Shown: in pieces, positions 46,766-55,936 of the stretch | How the letters are laid out: each line of letters starts with the position of its first letter | How positions within the stretch are numbered: position 1 is the first letter of the stretch | Assembly (NCBI GenBank): GCA_045594085.1 | Contig: JAZNXW010000009.1 | Span: 201,775-265,774 of the forward strand | Source of the DNA: Eubacteriales bacterium | Lineage (GTDB): Bacteria > Bacillota > Clostridia > Oscillospirales > CAG-272 | Length of the DNA stretch: 64,000 nt | Reading direction: 5' to 3' | The notes under the pieces: model-generated | What the model was told of the DNA's origin: nothing | The model's database searches: none | Seen by the model: only the letters and a program-made list of their open reading frames with translations | Translations under genes and position numbers: made by a program

Positions 46766-46799
46766 AAAAAGAAAACCTCCCGAGGGAGGCTTTCTTTTT
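46766..46799. terminator. Bidirectional-looking terminator between the DUF1540 gene and ppiB
   Basis: CCTCC (46776-46780) pairs with GGAGG (46785-46789), extended by A/T pairs with one mismatch. A5 upstream and T5 downstream. Confidence 0.6.
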
Positions 46800-46808
46800 G
46801 ATTTTTCC

Positions 46809-46994
46809 TTATTTCTTTTTCACGGGGACAAAAGATGCGCAATCCGTGCACTGTACAACGGTAGGCTTCTGTTCGTGGGTAACGATCTTGATCCTTTCCA
46901 GGGTACAATATTCATCACCCGCAGAATGATTAGCGCAGTCGTAGACTGTACATTCAATGCATCTGTTCACCTTGTTCTTGCATTTTTCCTGCAT
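46809..46994 (-). CDS. DUF1540 domain small cysteine-rich protein
   Basis: 61 aa with two C-x-V/T-x-x-C..C repeats (CIECTVYDCANH..C and VVQCTDCASF). AAGGAG RBS. Confidence 0.7.
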   Translation of the reverse strand: MQEKCKNKVNRCIECTVYDCANHSAGDEYCTLERIKIVTHEQKPTVVQCTDCASFVPVKKK

Positions 46995-47083
46995 AGCAAG
47001 CTCCTTTTAGCTGTTAAAAATTTATTTCGAAGTTAGCATTTCCAAAAGAAAAGAAAAAAATTCGATTTTTTTGAAATTTCCTA

Positions 47084-47112
47084 TTGACTCAAAAAAATGA
47101 TTGTGGTATAAT
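47084..47112 (+). promoter_or_regulatory. Near-consensus promoter for tRNA-Pro (TTGACT-17 nt-TGgTATAAT)
   Basis: -35 at 47084-47089, -10 at 47107-47112, 17-nt spacer, extended TG. Confidence 0.75.
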
Positions 47113-47151
47113 GTCGGAGCGCGTGTGAGAAAACACTCACAAAACGCTTAT

Positions 47152-47224
47152 CTGGGTGTGGCGCAGTTGGGAGCGCGCTACCTTGGGGTGGTAGAGGCCG
47201 CTGGTTCAAGTCCAGTCACTCAGA
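47152..47224 (+). tRNA. tRNA-Pro (anticodon GGG), CCA not encoded
   Basis: Hand-folded cloverleaf: acceptor 47152-58/47217-23 (one G-U), D arm GCGC/GCGC with AGTTGGGA loop, anticodon stem CTACC/GGTAG, loop TTGGGGT (GGG at 47185-47187, G37), T arm GCTGG-TTCAAGT-CCAGT. The C1:G72 pair and A73 are typical of bacterial tRNA-Pro. Confidence 0.9.
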
Positions 47225-47229
47225 GAAAC

Positions 47230-47265
47230 AAAAGACAGAGGAGCATCGCTCCTCTGTCTTTTTTG
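47230..47265 (+). terminator. Strong rho-independent terminator after tRNA-Pro
   Basis: 12-bp perfect stem (47233-47244 / 47248-47259), ATC loop, T-run through 47264. Confidence 0.9.
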
Positions 47266-47336
47266 TTTCCGTGGGATTCGGGCATTTGTACCACTTCAAA
47301 ACACTTGCCGTTTTGAAGCATGCCCCGCATGCATTT

Positions 47337-47362
47337 GGTTCAAAATCCGGTCACTCAGACCA
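47337..47362 (+). pseudogene. Degenerate duplicate of the tRNA-Pro 3' end (T-arm plus acceptor 3' strand plus A-CCA)
   Basis: GGTTCAAAATCCGGTCACTCAGACCA versus GGTTCAAGTCCAGTCACTCAGA in the tRNA (47203-47224). No matching 5' acceptor strand lies upstream. Unlike the intact gene, it carries CCA. Confidence 0.65.
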
Positions 47363-47464
47363 TATTAGTGTCCGCATAAAAATTATAAGTATTGTGCCTA
47401 CTGGTTTTTTAGGGACTTAAACATATAAAAATTAATGCGTTTTTGGAAAATGTTATTATAAATA

Positions 47465-48154
47465 TTACTTTTCCTCATTATAGCGCTTATATCCCGGGTG
47501 CTTGCCCGTGACGTGATAATAATTCTCGCGCAGATCAAGGAGCTTGTCTATGTTCGGCTTCGATATCTCACGTGCACCGCCAAGCAGATGCGCTGTAAGC
47601 GATATCTTAGCGAAAAGCTCAAGCGTTTCCATTCTGTAATAGGCTGTTATCAAGTCAGCGCCTACCGTAAGTGCACCGTGATTCTGAAGCAAAAACACGT
47701 CATGCTCGGGCAGATACGGAGTTATCGCCTCGGGCACTTCATCCGTGCTCGGAGTGCCGTACGGCGTAAGCGGGATCGAGCCTATCGCGATAACAGTCTC
47801 TATCATAGAATATTCGTCAAGACTTTTCCCCGCAACCGCATATCCCGTCGCTGTCGGCGGATGTGCATGTACTACGGCGCCCACATCCTCACGCTCGCGG
47901 TAGCAGCGAAGATGCATCTTTATTTCGCTTGACGGCTTATATCCGTTGACCGCATCGATCACCCTGCCCTCGCGGTCTATTACGACAAGCTTTTCGGGAG
48001 TTATAAAGCTTTTGCTGATACCTGTAGGCGTTGCAAGTATGTTGCCGTCGGGAAGTATAGCGGAAACGTTACCGTCGTTTGCCGCAACCCATCCGAGCTG
48101 CCACATCTTATGGCAGACGTCACACATCGCCTCTCTCATTTTAATATAATTCAT
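47465..48154 (-). CDS. fucA: Class II aldolase/adducin family protein, probably L-fuculose-phosphate aldolase
   Basis: ..AANDGNVS.., ..SSEIKMHL.., ..VVHAHPPTATG.., ..LLQNHGALTVG.. are class II aldolase Zn/His blocks. It sits directly downstream of fucI. Start set to ATG 48154 (MNYIKM). Confidence 0.72.
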   Translation of the reverse strand: MNYIKMREAMCDVCHKMWQLGWVAANDGNVSAILPDGNILATPTGISKSFITPEKLVVIDREGRVIDAVNGYKPSSEIKMHLRCYREREDVGAVVHAHPPTATGYAVAGKSLDEYSMIETVIAIGSIPLTPYGTPSTDEVPEAITPYLPEHDVFLLQNHGALTVGADLITAYYRMETLELFAKISLTAHLLGGAREISKPNIDKLLDLRENYYHVTGKHPGYKRYNEEK

Positions 48155-48164
48155 TTGCTGCCCC

Positions 48165-49958
48165 TCACTTATAAAGCGGTCCGTAGTTAGCGCAAGCTCT
48201 GTAATCTGCGCCTTCCTTGTCCATTCCGAACGCATTCCAAGCCGCGGGACGGAAGATTTTTTCTTCGGGCACGTTATGCATACAAACGGGGATTCTAAGC
48301 ATAGAGCAGAGCGTGATGAGATCGGCTCCGACGTGACCGTAGGAGATCGCGCCGTGGTTTGCGCCCCAATTGTTCATCACGTCGTACGCGCTCTTGAACG
48401 CGCCCTCACCCGTCACACGCGGCACGAACCACGTACACGGCCAGGTATAGTCCGTTCTCTTCCAGAGTGCATCTGATACGTCCTCGGGCAGACGCAACGT
48501 CCAGCCCTCCGCGATCTGAAGCACGGGGCCGAGTCCGTCAACGAGGTTAAGACGGATCATTGTCACGGGCATTTCGTACTTGGTCTCGAAGCGGGACGAA
48601 TATCCGCCTCCGCGGAAATATCCGAGGTCCGCATAGTTCCACGTTGTATTTTCCATGACAGCCTTCATATCGGCTTCCGTCACGTTATACCATTCCTTCA
48701 TAACGTGTTCGCCGTTTTCATCGACCGACTCACCATTTGCGTCAAGACAGCATGCACCGGAGTTAATGAGGTGAATGAAGCCGTTTGATTCTGCGGCCTT
48801 TCCTTCGATATCATAGCCTGTGACTCTCTTTACAGCTTCACCGCTCCAGTATGTTCTTACGTCAGCGAACATCTGCGGGCGGTTGGTGAGAAGCTTCATA
48901 AACAGCATTCCTATGCCGTTGAGGACGTCGTTTTCCGTTGCAAGGACATACGGCTCACGTGCGCCGTTCCAATCAAAGGAGGTGTTGAGGAGTGCCTCGG
49001 GGAAGTCGCAGTTCGGATAGAAGTCCGTCCACTGTCTTTGTCCCTGGAAGCCTGCGGCGATGGCGTTATGACCTACCTTTTCTTCTTCACAGCCTTCGGG
49101 AAGATTTTCGTTGCCGTTCATAAGGTCCTTGATGATGACCATCATCTTGACGACAAATTCCCAATCCTCATCCTTGCGCTCGCGGTTTTTCTGCATCGAT
49201 TCGGGGTTCTTGTCAAATCCTTCAATGCAGTTTTCCTTTGTCCACGCGAGTGCTTTTTTAAATTCTTCTTTATCGTAGATTTCTTCGGTCATTCGACGTA
49301 TGATTTCAACCTCGTCAACGGATTCAACTCTCATGCCGAGATAGTTTTCGATGAACTTGGGATCAATGATGGATCCGCCGATCCCCATACAGATAGAACC
49401 GATCTGAAGGTAAGACTTGCCTCTCATCGTTGCCGCCGCAACTGCCGCACGTCCGAAGCGAAGGAGCTTTTCCTTCACATCCTCGGGGATCGTTTCGTCA
49501 TCAGCTTCCTGAACGTCGTGACCGTAGATGCCGAACGCGGGAAGACCTTTTTGTGCGTGAGTTGCCAAAACGGACGCAAGATAAACAGCGCCGGGACGCT
49601 CAGTTCCGTTAAATCCCCAGACAGCCTTGATGGTATTCTTGTCCATATCCATCGTTTCGGCGCCGTAGCACCAGCACGGTGTTACCGTGAGAGTAATATC
49701 AACGCCTTCGCGGCGGAATTTGTCTGCACAAGCCGCAGCTTCGGCAACACGGCCGATCGTTGTATCAGCAATGACAACCTTTACGGGCTCACCGTTTGAA
49801 TATTTCAAATTCTTGCGGTAGAGCTCTGCCGCAAGCTCCGCCATTTTCATTGTCTGTTCTTCAAGAGATTCTCTTACTTTCAGTCCGCCGCGTCTGCCAT
49901 CGATCGTCGGTCTGATTCCGATTACGGGATACTGCCCGATAAGTCTGCTTTTTGCCAT
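48165..49958 (-). CDS. fucI: L-fucose isomerase
   Basis: 597 aa. N-terminus ..[27 protein letters not shown].. and overall length are typical of FucI. AAGGAG RBS. Confidence 0.88.
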   Translation of the reverse strand: MAKSRLIGQYPVIGIRPTIDGRRGGLKVRESLEEQTMKMAELAAELYRKNLKYSNGEPVKVVIADTTIGRVAEAAACADKFRREGVDITLTVTPCWCYGAETMDMDKNTIKAVWGFNGTERPGAVYLASVLATHAQKGLPAFGIYGHDVQEADDETIPEDVKEKLLRFGRAAVAAATMRGKSYLQIGSICMGIGGSIIDPKFIENYLGMRVESVDEVEIIRRMTEEIYDKEEFKKALAWTKENCIEGFDKNPESMQKNRERKDEDWEFVVKMMVIIKDLMNGNENLPEGCEEEKVGHNAIAAGFQGQRQWTDFYPNCDFPEALLNTSFDWNGAREPYVLATENDVLNGIGMLFMKLLTNRPQMFADVRTYWSGEAVKRVTGYDIEGKAAESNGFIHLINSGACCLDANGESVDENGEHVMKEWYNVTEADMKAVMENTTWNYADLGYFRGGGYSSRFETKYEMPVTMIRLNLVDGLGPVLQIAEGWTLRLPEDVSDALWKRTDYTWPCTWFVPRVTGEGAFKSAYDVMNNWGANHGAISYGHVGADLITLCSMLRIPVCMHNVPEEKIFRPAAWNAFGMDKEGADYRACANYGPLYK

Positions 49959-50077
49959 GATCGGTTCTCCTTTTTGTTTTATTAATTACAGTATATCAGC
50001 ATAAAATATACTCATCCACGCCGAATATTACTGTTATTTTTTGATTTCAACAGTTATTTTTAGGATTACTTTCTTTT

Positions 50078-50121
50078 ATAAAATTTGCGGTCGGAACACA
50101 ACATGCGCTCCGACCGCAAAT
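50078..50121 (-). terminator. Terminator-like 13-bp hairpin after the malectin-like gene
   Basis: ATTTGCGGTCGGA (50083-50095) pairs with TCCGACCGCAAAT (50109-50121). The reverse strand continues UUUAUAAAAG, so the U-run is short. Confidence 0.6.
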
Positions 50122-50151
50122 TCAGCTATTCTTCTTTGGAGGTATGAAAAC

Positions 50152-50943
50152 TCAGTGCTTCTTGGAGATCACATAGCCTGCAGAGATGGCTGCAACAATT
50201 GCGAGAGCTGCTGTTGCGATTCCTGTCTGCGGAGCATTCGTGGGCTGATCATCACTATCACCTGCGGGAGCATCGGTTGCTTCTTCTCCGATAACGGTGA
50301 TGTAGCTTACCATAATGGTATCGACCTGTCTCTGTGTGCCATCTTCATTCAGCTCAGCGCCAACAGCGGTGATAACTACGTCGAGAACACCGTCTGTAAC
50401 TTCAGCGGTAACGGTAGCAGTCGTGCTTCCTCCCCAGTAGCCTGCTGCATCGGCAACCCAAGCGTTATCGCCGTCAACAGTAACGGTTGCAAGACCTGCA
50501 CACCACCACGGGTCAGCAAGACCTACTTCGATATCGTACGTGCCGTTCGGAACTTCGAACTTATATGTGATAACACGGTCAAGTCCGTTTTCCTTCATTT
50601 CCTGGCAATATCTCTGGGTATCTGCCTTGGGCGCATCGTTGTCGCCGTTTACGTTTGTCCAGGTTGTTCTGATAGCGCTGTCTGTCTCGCCCATTTCTTC
50701 GTTGCTTCTGATGCCTTCGTCAACGATACCCCAGGTCTTACCGGTCGCAGGGTCTGCACCGTAGAACTGTTCGGTTACGCTCTGGTAAATACCGAGAGTA
50801 TCACCTTCGGACACTGTATCGGGAGTACGGTCGCCGCAGTCAACCATATAGTAAAGAACGCTGTTTCCGTCTTCCGCAAATACGCTGACTGTGAGTGTTG
50901 CCGCGATAGCGATCGCAACGAGGATCGTAAGTGCTTTTTTCAT
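50152..50943 (-). CDS. Cell-wall-anchored malectin-like carbohydrate-binding protein (sortase substrate)
   Basis: Signal peptide MKKALTILVAIAIAATLTVSVFA. VLYYMVDCGD.. is malectin-like. C-terminal sorting signal APQTG plus hydrophobic stretch plus KKH. Start set to ATG 50943 (GAGGAG RBS). Confidence 0.7.
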   Translation of the reverse strand: MKKALTILVAIAIAATLTVSVFAEDGNSVLYYMVDCGDRTPDTVSEGDTLGIYQSVTEQFYGADPATGKTWGIVDEGIRSNEEMGETDSAIRTTWTNVNGDNDAPKADTQRYCQEMKENGLDRVITYKFEVPNGTYDIEVGLADPWWCAGLATVTVDGDNAWVADAAGYWGGSTTATVTAEVTDGVLDVVITAVGAELNEDGTQRQVDTIMVSYITVIGEEATDAPAGDSDDQPTNAPQTGIATAALAIVAAISAGYVISKKH

Positions 50944-51232
50944 GATATGCTCCTCTTTAATATGATTTTTGTATCTCATCCGAAAATGGATGCTTTTACA
51001 ATATAATTGTACTTTCTTTCGTTTTTTTCTTCTACAATAATGCTACACAATTTTAACAATATTTTGCACCGTCGCCTTTCATCCTTCATCCTATATACCG
51101 TAACGAACAAAAATTTCATCAAGCACGCTTTACTGCAGGATTGTGTTTTTTTCTTGTCAAATAATGATAGAATTTCGCTGTATAAGGGAGTTATACTTAA
51201 AGTAAAATGTTATTTTATAATGGGAGCAAAAA

Positions 51233-54200
51233 ATGAAACAATTCACTACCCGAAGAATCGTAGCATCAAGCGTAAGCTGTCTTTTGGCATTATCGCTTGC
51301 ATGCTGTACAGATCCCGCCCCGTCCGACACACCCGAAACGGGAACGGACAGCACTGAAGTTATGTGCGAATTTTTTGTATCTTCGGACGGGAACGACTCA
51401 AACGACGGTCTTTCGCCCGAAAATCCCTTCGCTACGTTAGAGCGTGCGCAATCCGCGATCCGTGAGATAAACGGAGATATGACAGGTGACATAATCGTAA
51501 ATCTCGCCGACGGAACCTGGGAACTTTCGAAAACAATTTCGTTCGGCAAAGCCGATTCCGGAACGAACGGATATAACGTCATATACGCCGCTGCCGACGG
51601 AGCTTCTCCCGTGCTTTCGGGAGGTCAAAAGCTTGACACCGATTGGGAGATCGACAAAACGCTCAAAAACGGAAACATTATATATAAGACCCGTCTCGAC
51701 AGAGACTCAAAGCTCCGCGCACTGTACGTAAACGGTGAGCGCAGATATATGGCAAGCACGGGCTCCGCTATTGAGGCAAAAGGGTCGTGGGGATCATACA
51801 CCATAGGCTCGTCGATAGAATCCGACGATTTCGAATGGGTATCTGTCTACAGTGAAAATTTTGACTCTTGCACGGATGTATCCGAGCTCAAGGAGATAGT
51901 TGCGTGGTCAAAAAGCGGTCATACAAACGGAAGGATCATCAACATCGCTGACGATGGCTCCGGAAGATCGCTTGCGATCGTTCACACCGCAGACGAGGAC
52001 TGCGGCTTTGAGATCCCCGACGCTACGTATGAAAACGGTCTTATTTCGTTCAAGATAATGCTCGCTGACGACCATATTTTCTCTCACGGATGGGAGGCGC
52101 TTCACATCCACGGAGCAAATAAGCTTATCGATAAAAACGGCAGGACCTCCTGGGCAGGAATCGCGCTCGCGCCGCAATTGAATCAGGCCTATTTTCAGTC
52201 GGGAACCTCGGGAGGAGGTGGATCCGACGACGTATCGTCTCCCGAAAACATATCCTCTCTGTCTATGAAAAACGGCACTTGGTACCATGTAAAGATGATG
52301 GTGAACAAAGACGGCTCTTATTACTCCAAAATGTGGAAGGATGGAGATGCCGAACCATCCGATTGGGAACGACGCGAGACCTTCGGCTCTGCCTCGTCAG
52401 AGAATTTCCTTCGCATCTACGCTTATAAAAACAATTCGAATTCCCAAATGAACATTCGAATTGACGATATCGAGATCAAATCCGGAACGCTCAAGAACAC
52501 CTCGTCGGGAAGCGGTCTTCCCGAATGGGCATGGGTCGGAGGAACAAAATTCGACGGAATCAAATACGGCAAGGGGGATCTTGTCAAGATCACACGCAAC
52601 GTAGAAGACGTTGAAATAGAAAATCAACAAACGTGGAATAAAAACATCGTATGCGTTCGCGAGATCGAAAGCGGAAGCGACGGCACGTGGATACTGAAGC
52701 TTCAGCAACCGTACGGTGCGATAGCACAGACGCCCGGCTGGGGAGTCGGACTTCAGGGCTACGGAAATCACATAATCAGCAATGCATACGAACTGCTTGA
52801 CGAAAAAGGCGAATTTTATTTTGACAAAGCAGAAAAGCTGCTCTATTATATTCCTGCCGACGGCGAGGACATAAATTCCGCAAGCTTCGTTGTACCGAGG
52901 CTTGAAACCATCGTTGAATTCAAAGGCACGCCCGTAGTTTCCGGCGATCTTACGACCGCGGGAGAAAAAACGATAGAAGGACAAGTTAAAAACATCGTTT
53001 TCGACGGCATCACCGTTGCACATTCGGACTATAATCTGCAAAAGGTCGGCGATTCATACGGCAAATCCACCGTTCAGGCAGGCACAGTATACACCGCATA
53101 TGCAAGCGACAACTGGCACGCCGATATGTATCGCAATCTTGACACGCTTCCCGGTGCGGTCGAAATGGAATTTGCTCACAACATCACGTTTGCAAACGGC
53201 GGCGTGATACTAACGGGTGCCGAAGGCATACTTCTCTCAAATGACGTTGACGGATGCAAGATAATCGGCAACTACATTTATCAGACGGGCGGCGGAGGCG
53301 TAGTAGTAGGCAATCCGCAGCACATATACGAAAACGATTCGCTCGAACCTGACGTATACGCGTACCGCGTAGGTAACGGAAACACATATATAATCTCCGA
53401 CGGTGCGGGCGCAGAACACGAAAAATATCAAAACGGCACGGAACGCGTGCCGCGTAACGTAACTGTTTCTGAGAACCTCCTGCTCGAAAATTGCAGGCTC
53501 TTCCCCTCTCATTGTCCCGTGACTCTCTTTTTCACGCAAAACACCGAGGTAAGCCACAACTTCATCAAGGATGCCTCGTACAGCGGAATCAGCGCAGGCT
53601 GGGGTTGGTGTAATTTCGACGGCAAAACATCAGATTTCAAGGGTTGGGGCACCGCCAACAATCAAGGCGGCAGCGTCCTTCCCGGATATCCCACATCCAC
53701 CTGCTTCGGCAACAAAATCGTATACAACAGAATCGAAAACGCAATGACTATCCTTGCGGACGGCGGACTCATTTACACCCTCGGTGAGCAGCGCGACACT
53801 CTCGTCGTCGGTAACTTCGGAAAAGATTCCGAGCACGGTCTTTATCAGGACGAGGGATCGGCACTTTTTGCCGACATCGAAAACAACGTAATCGCTGATG
53901 TGAGAGGCTCTGCGATATTTGCGGTATCATACGGAAGAAAGCACGATCTGACATACATCGGAAACTATTCAAACAGTGATTCCGTCGCAATCGCCCCCGA
54001 CGTCAATATCACAAGCAGAAAATTCCGTTTCGTTCAGGGCAACATGTGGCCTCGAGCGGCAAGCGAAATAATCCAACAATCGGGACTTTCCGTTGAATAC
54101 AGAGCTAAATTCTCAGATATTCTCATCGAAATCGAAGGAGATTCGGCAGATGCCGTTCTGATCGAGTCCGTTTTCTGCGGTAAAGGCAACACTCTGGTCA

Positions 54201-54403
54201 TCAACTCCTGGCTCGACGAATCCTGCGAATTATGGATCGCGCCGCTCGGTACAAAGACCTTCACTGCGGGAGATAAAATGACCACGGCTCCCGGCAACGC
54301 CTACGAGATCAAAGCACCTACGACTTCGGGTGTATACAAGTTATACGTAAAAACCGACGACGGCGAGATCTTTATGTCAACCGCATCGATAAGAGTAAAC
54401 TGA
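51233..54403 (+). CDS. Large lipoprotein with right-handed parallel beta-helix repeats and an inserted concanavalin/LamG-like module (putative glycan-active enzyme)
   Basis: Lipobox LALSLAC|C. FVSSDGNDSNDGLSPENPFATLERAQ is the typical beta-helix N-cap. There are repeated ..N..I.GN.. beta-helix turns. 1056 aa. Confidence 0.7.
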   Translation: MKQFTTRRIVASSVSCLLALSLACCTDPAPSDTPETGTDSTEVMCEFFVSSDGNDSNDGLSPENPFATLERAQSAIREINGDMTGDIIVNLADGTWELSKTISFGKADSGTNGYNVIYAAADGASPVLSGGQKLDTDWEIDKTLKNGNIIYKTRLDRDSKLRALYVNGERRYMASTGSAIEAKGSWGSYTIGSSIESDDFEWVSVYSENFDSCTDVSELKEIVAWSKSGHTNGRIINIADDGSGRSLAIVHTADEDCGFEIPDATYENGLISFKIMLADDHIFSHGWEALHIHGANKLIDKNGRTSWAGIALAPQLNQAYFQSGTSGGGGSDDVSSPENISSLSMKNGTWYHVKMMVNKDGSYYSKMWKDGDAEPSDWERRETFGSASSENFLRIYAYKNNSNSQMNIRIDDIEIKSGTLKNTSSGSGLPEWAWVGGTKFDGIKYGKGDLVKITRNVEDVEIENQQTWNKNIVCVREIESGSDGTWILKLQQPYGAIAQTPGWGVGLQGYGNHIISNAYELLDEKGEFYFDKAEKLLYYIPADGEDINSASFVVPRLETIVEFKGTPVVSGDLTTAGEKTIEGQVKNIVFDGITVAHSDYNLQKVGDSYGKSTVQAGTVYTAYASDNWHADMYRNLDTLPGAVEMEFAHNITFANGGVILTGAEGILLSNDVDGCKIIGNYIYQTGGGGVVVGNPQHIYENDSLEPDVYAYRVGNGNTYIISDGAGAEHEKYQNGTERVPRNVTVSENLLLENCRLFPSHCPVTLFFTQNTEVSHNFIKDASYSGISAGWGWCNFDGKTSDFKGWGTANNQGGSVLPGYPTSTCFGNKIVYNRIENAMTILADGGLIYTLGEQRDTLVVGNFGKDSEHGLYQDEGSALFADIENNVIADVRGSAIFAVSYGRKHDLTYIGNYSNSDSVAIAPDVNITSRKFRFVQGNMWPRAASEIIQQSGLSVEYRAKFSDILIEIEGDSADAVLIESVFCGKGNTLVINSWLDESCELWIAPLGTKTFTAGDKMTTAPGNAYEIKAPTTSGVYKLYVKTDDGEIFMSTASIRVN

Positions 54404-54408
54404 ACATC

Positions 54409-54442
54409 AAAAAAAACAGGCTTCATACGAAGCCTGTTTTTT
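54409..54442. terminator. Bidirectional rho-independent terminator
   Basis: CAGGCTTC (54417-54424) pairs with GAAGCCTG (54429-54436), ATAC loop, A8 upstream and T6 downstream. Confidence 0.88.
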
Positions 54443-54444
54443 CA

Positions 54445-55902
54445 TCAGCTATATGCTTTTATTGTTTCTTCGATCGTACTGTCGATCATTTTTCTGTATG
54501 CGGCATACATTGAAGAAAGTCTGTTCTGATTGTTATTCCACATCTTCTTGAAAAGGCCGTCACGAATCTGATCGCAGTACCAGGTATCGCCAAGATCGTA
54601 TACTCTCGTCTTGAAGATCAGATCGAGCATTCCCTGCGATTCCTCATCACGGGAGATCTTGCGCTTAAGCACACTTTCGTAATACGCGGGGAGTATCTTG
54701 CTGTAGCCCGTGGACGCCATCGCTTCAAGTATTGCACCTGCAGAAAGCGGATCTGCATTCGTGATCGGAACGACTGCTACAGTAGATCCCGCTTCAACTC
54801 TTGAATGATATTCCGTCTGTTCGGAATCATACTTGGGATACGGAAGAATGCCGAATTCCACATAAGAATCGCGGAGCTGGCTCAGATAATAGAAGGTATA
54901 ATCAGCGAAAAGTCCCTGATCGTTCTTGAACATAGTTGCCTGATTGTCGGGCTGATTCGCGTCACCTGTATACTGACTCCAGACCTCACCGTTCCAAAAC
55001 ATCTCAAAGCATTTGTCAATGACATTGGAAAGGCGTTCGTTACCGGAAATATTGACCTCGGGCAGATTATCGCTGTTAAGCTTGACTGTCGTGGTTCCGC
55101 TCGATATCCAGAAATTCGGGAGGATCTGTTTGCCGGATGCAAGGAAACCATAGTTATCGGCGTCAGTCATTTTTCCGTCACCGTTGACCTCAACGGTTGC
55201 GGCTCTGCACATCTCGTACATCTTGTCCATTGTCCACTCGCCGCTTGTAACAAGGTCATAAGGATTCTCGCATCCGAGAGCGGAGATCATACCTTTATTG
55301 AAGACGAGACAATGTGTGAGATCGTAGTATGTAAAATCATACGTTCCGAACGCATAATAGGCCTGATCACCGACTGTTGTATATTCGAGAAGGCACTGAT
55401 CCCAATAATCCTTTTCAAGATCCACGTAGCCGAGGCTCTCATAATCATACGCAACTCCCTCCTCCGCGAAATAATGCGCGTAAAGGTCATAAGCGAAGAC
55501 GATATCGTAATCATCAGCGCCCGTCTGTATCATGCTTCTGTAGGTGGAATTTACATAACCGTCAGATTCAACATATTCGACAATGTCTACGTTAAATCTG
55601 TTTTCGAGCTCTGTTATTGTCAGATATTTTGCATAATCGACGGGGTCATCGGACGGCTCGTCGAACACGTGAGTCATATCTGCAAATCCCTGCTCAAAAA
55701 TAAGGAAATTGAACTCACGTTCGTCCAGGTCCAGCGCCGGCACTTCGTCCGTAACATCGGCTGCGGTATCTCCCGTGCCGCCTACCGTATCACTCGGATC
55801 ATCTGTGTCAGGATCATCATTACAGGAAATAAGCAACGTCGGAATCAGCATCAGGATCGCAAGAAGAAATGCGAGTGTGCTGATATTCTTTTTGTTTTTC
55901 AT
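54445..55902 (-). CDS. ABC-transporter extracellular solute-binding lipoprotein (sugar-type), with no adjacent permease genes
   Basis: Lipobox LLISC. 485 aa with an acidic linker and an SBP-like alpha/beta body. The family call is from overall architecture only. Confidence 0.6.
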   Translation of the reverse strand: MKNKKNISTLAFLLAILMLIPTLLISCNDDPDTDDPSDTVGGTGDTAADVTDEVPALDLDEREFNFLIFEQGFADMTHVFDEPSDDPVDYAKYLTITELENRFNVDIVEYVESDGYVNSTYRSMIQTGADDYDIVFAYDLYAHYFAEEGVAYDYESLGYVDLEKDYWDQCLLEYTTVGDQAYYAFGTYDFTYYDLTHCLVFNKGMISALGCENPYDLVTSGEWTMDKMYEMCRAATVEVNGDGKMTDADNYGFLASGKQILPNFWISSGTTTVKLNSDNLPEVNISGNERLSNVIDKCFEMFWNGEVWSQYTGDANQPDNQATMFKNDQGLFADYTFYYLSQLRDSYVEFGILPYPKYDSEQTEYHSRVEAGSTVAVVPITNADPLSAGAILEAMASTGYSKILPAYYESVLKRKISRDEESQGMLDLIFKTRVYDLGDTWYCDQIRDGLFKKMWNNNQNRLSSMYAAYRKMIDSTIEETIKAYS

Positions 55903-55936
55903 TATTTACCTTTCTGCCGTTTTGATCGGCTTTTCA

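Noticed and set aside
47101-47316. 71-aa + strand ORF.
   Set aside because: It overlaps the tRNA-Pro gene and its terminator and is an artefact.
47084-50151. Integrated prophage or genomic island at tRNA-Pro.
   Set aside because: Although a tRNA 3'-end duplicate exists, the two copies are only about 110 nt apart. No integrase, excisionase, phage or conjugation gene occurs anywhere downstream, and the next genes are fucA/fucI catabolic genes.
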